Origin: Fibrobacteria bacterium
GTDB lineage: Bacteria; Fibrobacterota; Chitinivibrionia; Chitinivibrionales; FEN-1185
DNA length: 30,878 bases
NCBI GenBank assembly: GCA_037447435.1
Contig: JBBIGR010000052.1
Location: 1 to 30,878, forward strand
Reading direction: 5' to 3'
In this document: positions 26,477 to 30,878 of the stretch, piece by piece
Position numbering within the stretch: position 1 is the first letter of the stretch
Layout: the number at the start of each line of letters is the position of its first letter
Notes under the pieces: model-generated
Databases searched by the model: none
Seen by the model: only the letters and a program-made list of their open reading frames with translations
Told to the model about the DNA's origin: nothing
Translations under genes and position numbers: made by a program

Positions 26477-28051
26477 GTGTTTTCAGAAAACGACAAGACA
26501 AAAAAGCAAATCGCGGAGCTCGAAGAAAAAATCGCGCGCCAAACCCAGGCTATCGGCGGTTATCGCGATCAATTGCTGAAGCTTACCGACCACAAATCGG
26601 AACGCGATCTTTATTCGGAACTTGCCGTTGTTTTCGCAAAAGAAACGGTAATCGACGACGTTTATAAAAAAACCATCGACGCTTTATCGCAACACATCAA
26701 AGCCACTTATTTCGGCGTATTCGTTCTTGACGGAAAAAACGACACGTTTGAATTCCGGCATGGCAAGGGATACAACGCCCAATCCATGCCGGAAATCCCC
26801 TATATCGGCAGTCTTATGGGACAATGTCTTTTTCGAAGGGAAATTTTGTGGGAGCCGGCTTTCGCCAAACGGCCGGGGTTCATGCAATTAAATCAGGATC
26901 CGCTCGAAAACAATGTGCTTTGCGTGCCGCTGATACTGCTTGGCATCGAAACCGCTGTACTTCGATGCGCGAATATCGATCCCGTCATCATCGACAAAAC
27001 AAAAACAATCATGCGGACGATTTCCCAGTTGCTCTGTTCTTCCCTCGAAAGGCTGCTTTTGCAATCAAAAAGCGAATGGACGCTTCGGAGCCTGGACATC
27101 AGTTTTTCCATAGCCCGATTGCTTCAGGACACTTTCGACAAACAGGAAATAACAAAACGGATCTGTGCGGAAGTCCCTCGGCTTTACGAATGCGTCGGAT
27201 GCGTCTTGGCAATGAAGGATGAGCAAGGAATTCCATCGACTGTCGCGAAGTGGCCCGATACCTTTGTTCTGGCAGGTAACGAAAAATCCGAGGCGATTTA
27301 CATTCGAAATCTTTTGCAGGCGTACCCGAACGGAAACGTTCTTATTGCCAACATACACCGCGACGACCATCGCTGGTCGTGGTCCAATCCAAAAGTAAAG
27401 TCAATTTGCATGGCGCCGATCAAGATAGCCAATAAGGTCCAAGGCGTATTGATCGCCGTCGGTCCGGCCAACACCGCATATGAGCACCCGCATGAAAATC
27501 TGCTCGGCATCGTTGCGTCTCAAACATCAATGACCCTAGAACGGGCCTCCTATTTTCAAAAACAGGAAGACCATGCGCGTTGCGACAGCCTAACCGGATT
27601 GTTCAATCGCCGAATATTCCAGGAATGCCTTCAGGATGAAATCAACCGCGTTAAACGGTATGGAAGCGCGCTTTCATTGGTCATGCTCGATATCGATCAT
27701 TTCAAAAAATTCAATGACACGTACGGCCACCCTGTCGGCGACGAAATCATCAAAATGGTTAGCCGCTGCATCAAGTCGTTGATTCGTACGACGGATCGGG
27801 CGTTTCGATATGGCGGCGAGGAATTCGCGATTTTACTTCCGGAAACCGCTCCCGGAAACGGCTATACGCTCAGCGAACGGCTCCGCTTGGCAATCACCGC
27901 CGATAAAACCGTAAAGGCGCTTTCCGTAACCATCAGCAGCGGGATAACCGGGTATTTGGAGACAGACACGCTCGAATCTTTTGTGAAGAGAAGCGACACA
28001 TGCCTGTATAGCGCAAAAGAATCCGGGCGCAACAAGGTAATAATCGGTTGA
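26477..28051 (+). CDS. Diguanylate cyclase with a coiled coil, two GAF domains and a GGDEF domain
   Basis: DSLTGLFNRR, DIDHFKKFNDTYGHPVGD, I-site RTTD, RYGGEEF and AKESGRN; two GAF-like segments (LCVPL, ICMAPI). The start is uncertain: the GTG at 26477 was chosen, but the frame is open from 26312. Confidence 0.9.
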   Translation: MFSENDKTKKQIAELEEKIARQTQAIGGYRDQLLKLTDHKSERDLYSELAVVFAKETVIDDVYKKTIDALSQHIKATYFGVFVLDGKNDTFEFRHGKGYNAQSMPEIPYIGSLMGQCLFRREILWEPAFAKRPGFMQLNQDPLENNVLCVPLILLGIETAVLRCANIDPVIIDKTKTIMRTISQLLCSSLERLLLQSKSEWTLRSLDISFSIARLLQDTFDKQEITKRICAEVPRLYECVGCVLAMKDEQGIPSTVAKWPDTFVLAGNEKSEAIYIRNLLQAYPNGNVLIANIHRDDHRWSWSNPKVKSICMAPIKIANKVQGVLIAVGPANTAYEHPHENLLGIVASQTSMTLERASYFQKQEDHARCDSLTGLFNRRIFQECLQDEINRVKRYGSALSLVMLDIDHFKKFNDTYGHPVGDEIIKMVSRCIKSLIRTTDRAFRYGGEEFAILLPETAPGNGYTLSERLRLAITADKTVKALSVTISSGITGYLETDTLESFVKRSDTCLYSAKESGRNKVIIG

Positions 28052-28064
28052 TCGCTAGCTTTTA

Positions 28065-28406
28065 TCAATTAACATAATAAAAACTTCTGCTTTCGGTGAC
28101 CGAGAGACCTCCGAGTTTGGCCGTAAAAAAAATCGAATATTCGCCCGTTTGCCCCGGAATGGAATAGGTCCCGGTAAAATGTCCGGTGTCGTCGACTGTT
28201 GCGGTAAAATCGACTACCCCGGCGGCGGAACCCAGGGTTACCGATGCGCCGACAGAAGTTTTCCCGGAAACCGGAATCGAGGTGACGTGCAGGGTGTCGC
28301 CGTTCGACGGTTTGTCAATCCTTAAGTATACCGGGGTTGTTTTGGTCGGACTGCAGGAAACAACGAGCAGCACTGCGAGAAAGCCCAATACAAGCCGTTT
28401 GATCAT
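28065..28406 (-). CDS. Small lipoprotein with an Ig-like domain
   Basis: Lipobox VVSC; IDKPSNGDT...VSGKT...VDDTGHF pattern. Confidence 0.75.
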   Translation of the reverse strand: MIKRLVLGFLAVLLVVSCSPTKTTPVYLRIDKPSNGDTLHVTSIPVSGKTSVGASVTLGSAAGVVDFTATVDDTGHFTGTYSIPGQTGEYSIFFTAKLGGLSVTESRSFYYVN

Positions 28407-28464
28407 AATGACTCCCTTGGAAATTGTCCTGTTGTAAATACGGTCGCCGTATCGAAGAAAAGGT

Positions 28465-30129
28465 TCATTCCTTGTACTGAATATCGTAAGTATACCCCTG
28501 TTCTGTCAAGAACAATTGACGGTTCATGGCAAAATCCAATTCACGGCTTTCACGGGTGACCACCGAATAAAAAACAGCCTGTTCGCCCTGTTTTTTGGGT
28601 CGCAAAATTCTTCCTAAACGCTGCGCCTCTTCCTGGCGCGATCCGAAAGACCCCGATATCTGGATGGCGATATTCGCATCGGGCAGGTCTATGGCAAAAT
28701 TGCCCACTTTAGACAATATGAGCGTTTTCAGAGTGCCTTTGCGGAATCCGTCGTACAATTCGTCGCGTTTGTCATTCGGCGTTGCGCCGCTGATGACCGG
28801 AATGTCAAATTCCGCGGCAAAATCATGCAATTGCGAAAGATATTGCCCCATGATCAGCACTTGTTCGCCTTCATGCTTTTTCAAGAGCTCGCGAACGATC
28901 GGGATTTTCTGCGGATTTTCGTAAGCCAAACGCACCTGCTCGCGCGGCGACAGGCCGAAATATTTAAGCTTTTCGGCGGTCGGCAAATCCACCCTGATCT
29001 CGACGCAGCGCGCAGTGGCGATCCATCCCTGTCGCTCAAGGTCTTTCCACGGCACATCGAATTTTTTAGGCCCGATCAGCGTGAAAACGTCGTTTTCATG
29101 CCCATCTTCACGAATAAGAGTCGCCGTCAGCCCGAGCCTGCGCCGTGCCTGAAGTTCTGCCGTGAATTTAAACACCGGCGCCGGCAGCAAATGAACTTCG
29201 TCGTAGACGATAAGCCCCCAATTTCTGGAATTGAAAAGTTCGTAATGCATGAAAGGGTCGGTTTTTTTCTTCCGATAGGTGATTATCTGGTACGTTGCAA
29301 TAGTGATCGGCTTGATGTCCTTGTGCTCGCCGCTATATTCGCCGATCGCGTCGTCGGTGATATCCGTTTTGTCCAGTATTTCGCGCTTCCATTGACGTGC
29401 GGCGGTAACGTTGGTGACCAATATCAGGGTGCTGCGGGATAAAAGAGACATGACATACATCCCGACAACGGTTTTCCCCGCACCGCACGGCAATACCACA
29501 ACGCCGCTGCCGCCGGGCATCTGCGCGTTGCCGACATAGCTTTCGGCTGCCTGGCGCTGGTATTCCCTGATGGTAAACTCGGATCCGTCGCCTATTTTTT
29601 TCTTCATGGCAACGGCGTACGGATCTCCGTCGACGTACCCGGCGACATCGTGTACCGGAAAACCGATGGCAATGAGCACTTGCTTTATAAGACCACGGTT
29701 CCCGGGAAGCACTTCATATGAATTGGCGTCGATCTGGGATCCGATGAGGCCGGCCAACCGTTGATTGCGTACCAAATGGGAAAGCATTTCCGGCTCGGTG
29801 CACCGTAGCACTAAGCCGCCATTCCCCGTTTCCAGGACAAGTTTTCCAAAACGTCCCATGAGGTCGATAATACCGTCGGAAACGTTTTGCGGAAGACTGT
29901 ACTTCGAGTATTTGTCAAGCAGTTCGATGACCCGGGCCGGCGTCAGGCCCAATGCCGCCGCATTCCACAACGAAAGCGGCGTTATGGAATAGGTATGGAT
30001 ATGCTCAGGGCTTTTTTCCAGATGCGCAAACATGGTAATGGCATCGCGGGTTTCCCTAAAAAGCGGATTGTTTACTTCAAGTAAAAGCGAACTGTTGCTT
30101 TGAACGATAAGCGGGTTTCCGATGTTCAT
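28465..30129 (-). CDS. xpb: DNA repair helicase XPB (Ssl2/Rad25 family)
   Basis: PLIVQSN..LLLEV, EKSPEHIHTYSITPLSLWNA, Walker A LPCGAGKT, DEVH, GLTAT, RED motif and GSRQEEAQRLGRILR. Confidence 0.95.
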   Translation of the reverse strand: MNIGNPLIVQSNSSLLLEVNNPLFRETRDAITMFAHLEKSPEHIHTYSITPLSLWNAAALGLTPARVIELLDKYSKYSLPQNVSDGIIDLMGRFGKLVLETGNGGLVLRCTEPEMLSHLVRNQRLAGLIGSQIDANSYEVLPGNRGLIKQVLIAIGFPVHDVAGYVDGDPYAVAMKKKIGDGSEFTIREYQRQAAESYVGNAQMPGGSGVVVLPCGAGKTVVGMYVMSLLSRSTLILVTNVTAARQWKREILDKTDITDDAIGEYSGEHKDIKPITIATYQIITYRKKKTDPFMHYELFNSRNWGLIVYDEVHLLPAPVFKFTAELQARRRLGLTATLIREDGHENDVFTLIGPKKFDVPWKDLERQGWIATARCVEIRVDLPTAEKLKYFGLSPREQVRLAYENPQKIPIVRELLKKHEGEQVLIMGQYLSQLHDFAAEFDIPVISGATPNDKRDELYDGFRKGTLKTLILSKVGNFAIDLPDANIAIQISGSFGSRQEEAQRLGRILRPKKQGEQAVFYSVVTRESRELDFAMNRQLFLTEQGYTYDIQYKE

Positions 30130-30408
30130 AGTGATTTTTGGGTCTTTGGTTTTGGTGAAAAAACTTTTTTTATTTTCCGCAATGTCAGGATTGATCGGAA
30201 AAACTTCAAATTCCGGACAAGTTTCGAAAAATACCCTATGCGTAGCTTTTTTACATGCTATTTAGTTCATATATCCGAATTATCTGCGCTTTTTGCGTAG
30301 ATAATCTATAAAACAGTCTTATCCCATGGGGTAACGATATGGAAAAATTCAGTCGGAAATTTTGCCAGGCCTCGCCGGCCCTAAAACGCGGCAGGAAAAA
30401 TGCGCATT

Positions 30409-30436
30409 ATACTGGCGGGACAGAGCCCGCCAGTAT
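30409..30436. terminator. Stem-loop downstream of the S74 gene
   Basis: ATACTGGCGGG-ACAGAG-CCCGCCAGTAT; no immediate U tract. Confidence 0.45.
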
Positions 30437-30454
30437 GCTCTATGAGAAAATAAA

Positions 30455-30826
30455 TTATTTCCTTTTTTCAAGCAGTTCCACTCGTTTTGCCAGGTGGGCA
30501 ATTGCGGCATTCTGCGTATCGATGAGATTTTTCTGATTGGTAATTTCTTTCTGCTGCTCCTTCACCGCCTCAATAAGCACTGCGGTCAACTTATCGTACG
30601 AAAGCGATTTATACCCTTCATTGTCGGTATTGACCACTTCGGGTACGACTGTTTCAACGTCCTGGGCGATTAATCCGATCTGCTTGGCTTCGGAGAATTT
30701 TTTCTGCGGCCATTTTTTGCGGTCCCAATTGTAATACACCCCCTGGAGTTTCGATACTTTGGAAAGAGAGGAATCGATCGGGACTATATCGGTTTTATAG
30801 CGCCGGTCCGAAGGGGACGTGCAGGC
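30455..30826 (-). pseudogene. 3' end of a gene with a peptidase S74 intramolecular chaperone domain, interrupted by the IS end
   Basis: Own translation extending the track ORF: ACTSPSDRRYKTDIVPIDSSLSKVSKLQGVYYNW...IGLIAQDVETVVPEVV...LSYDKLTAVLIEAVKEQQ, then a coiled coil. It abuts IS sequence at 30827. Confidence 0.88.
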
Positions 30827-30878
30827 GGTCTAGTCCGGAAATATGTTTACAGTTTCCGGAGGCAAAATGGGAGAACGT
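30827..30878 (+). mobile_element. End of an insertion sequence, second copy, inverted relative to 2-53
   Basis: 52/52 identity with the reverse complement of 2-53; contains GGAGG-N4-ATG reading out of the window. Confidence 0.75.

Noticed and set aside
199..30734. Many alternative ORFs in the six-frame track (e.g. 4283..4798, 7341..7970, 11099..11767, 11983..12582, 13587..14243, 19002..19550, 26030..26236, 28825..29442)
   Set aside because: They are antisense or off-frame shadows of well-supported genes or regulatory elements and have no recognisable motifs.
1..30878. Linear plasmid or phage with terminal inverted repeats
   Set aside because: The content is chromosomal (xpb, yhbY, RRM protein), there are no replication or virion genes, and both repeats cut through genes as IS insertions do.

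Overview
This 30.9-kb window looks like chromosomal DNA from a Fibrobacterota bacterium, probably Chitinivibrionia. That assignment is inferred from a TIGR02147-family gene, its lipoproteins and secreted enzymes with T9SS-like C-terminal tails. Both ends carry the same 52-bp IS-like end in inverted orientation (2-53 and 30827-30878), and each copy interrupts a gene. The roughly 27 genes include lipoproteins, an alpha/beta hydrolase, a secreted AGE/cellobiose 2-epimerase, DUF6600, DUF1697, a YncE-like propeller, a GT-C glycosyltransferase, a C1 cysteine protease, a membrane protein/B12-radical SAM/CDP-glycerol transferase operon, a second radical SAM, hemerythrin, RRM and YhbY RNA-binding proteins, a nonsense-interrupted PLP aminotransferase, a GAF-GGDEF cyclase, an XPB helicase and an S74 chaperone domain. 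The strongest unannotated signal is a complete ribosome-mediated attenuator upstream of the aminotransferase, with a leaderless Ala-rich 40-aa leader peptide, an antiterminator and a terminator, suggesting alanine sensing. The second is a sigma-28 promoter driving an Asn-ladder beta-solenoid protein that lacks a signal peptide. Also notable are a G8 homopolymer frameshift in a surface lipoprotein and a GATACA motif array upstream of TIGR02147. All family calls are from motif recognition by eye; no database search was run.
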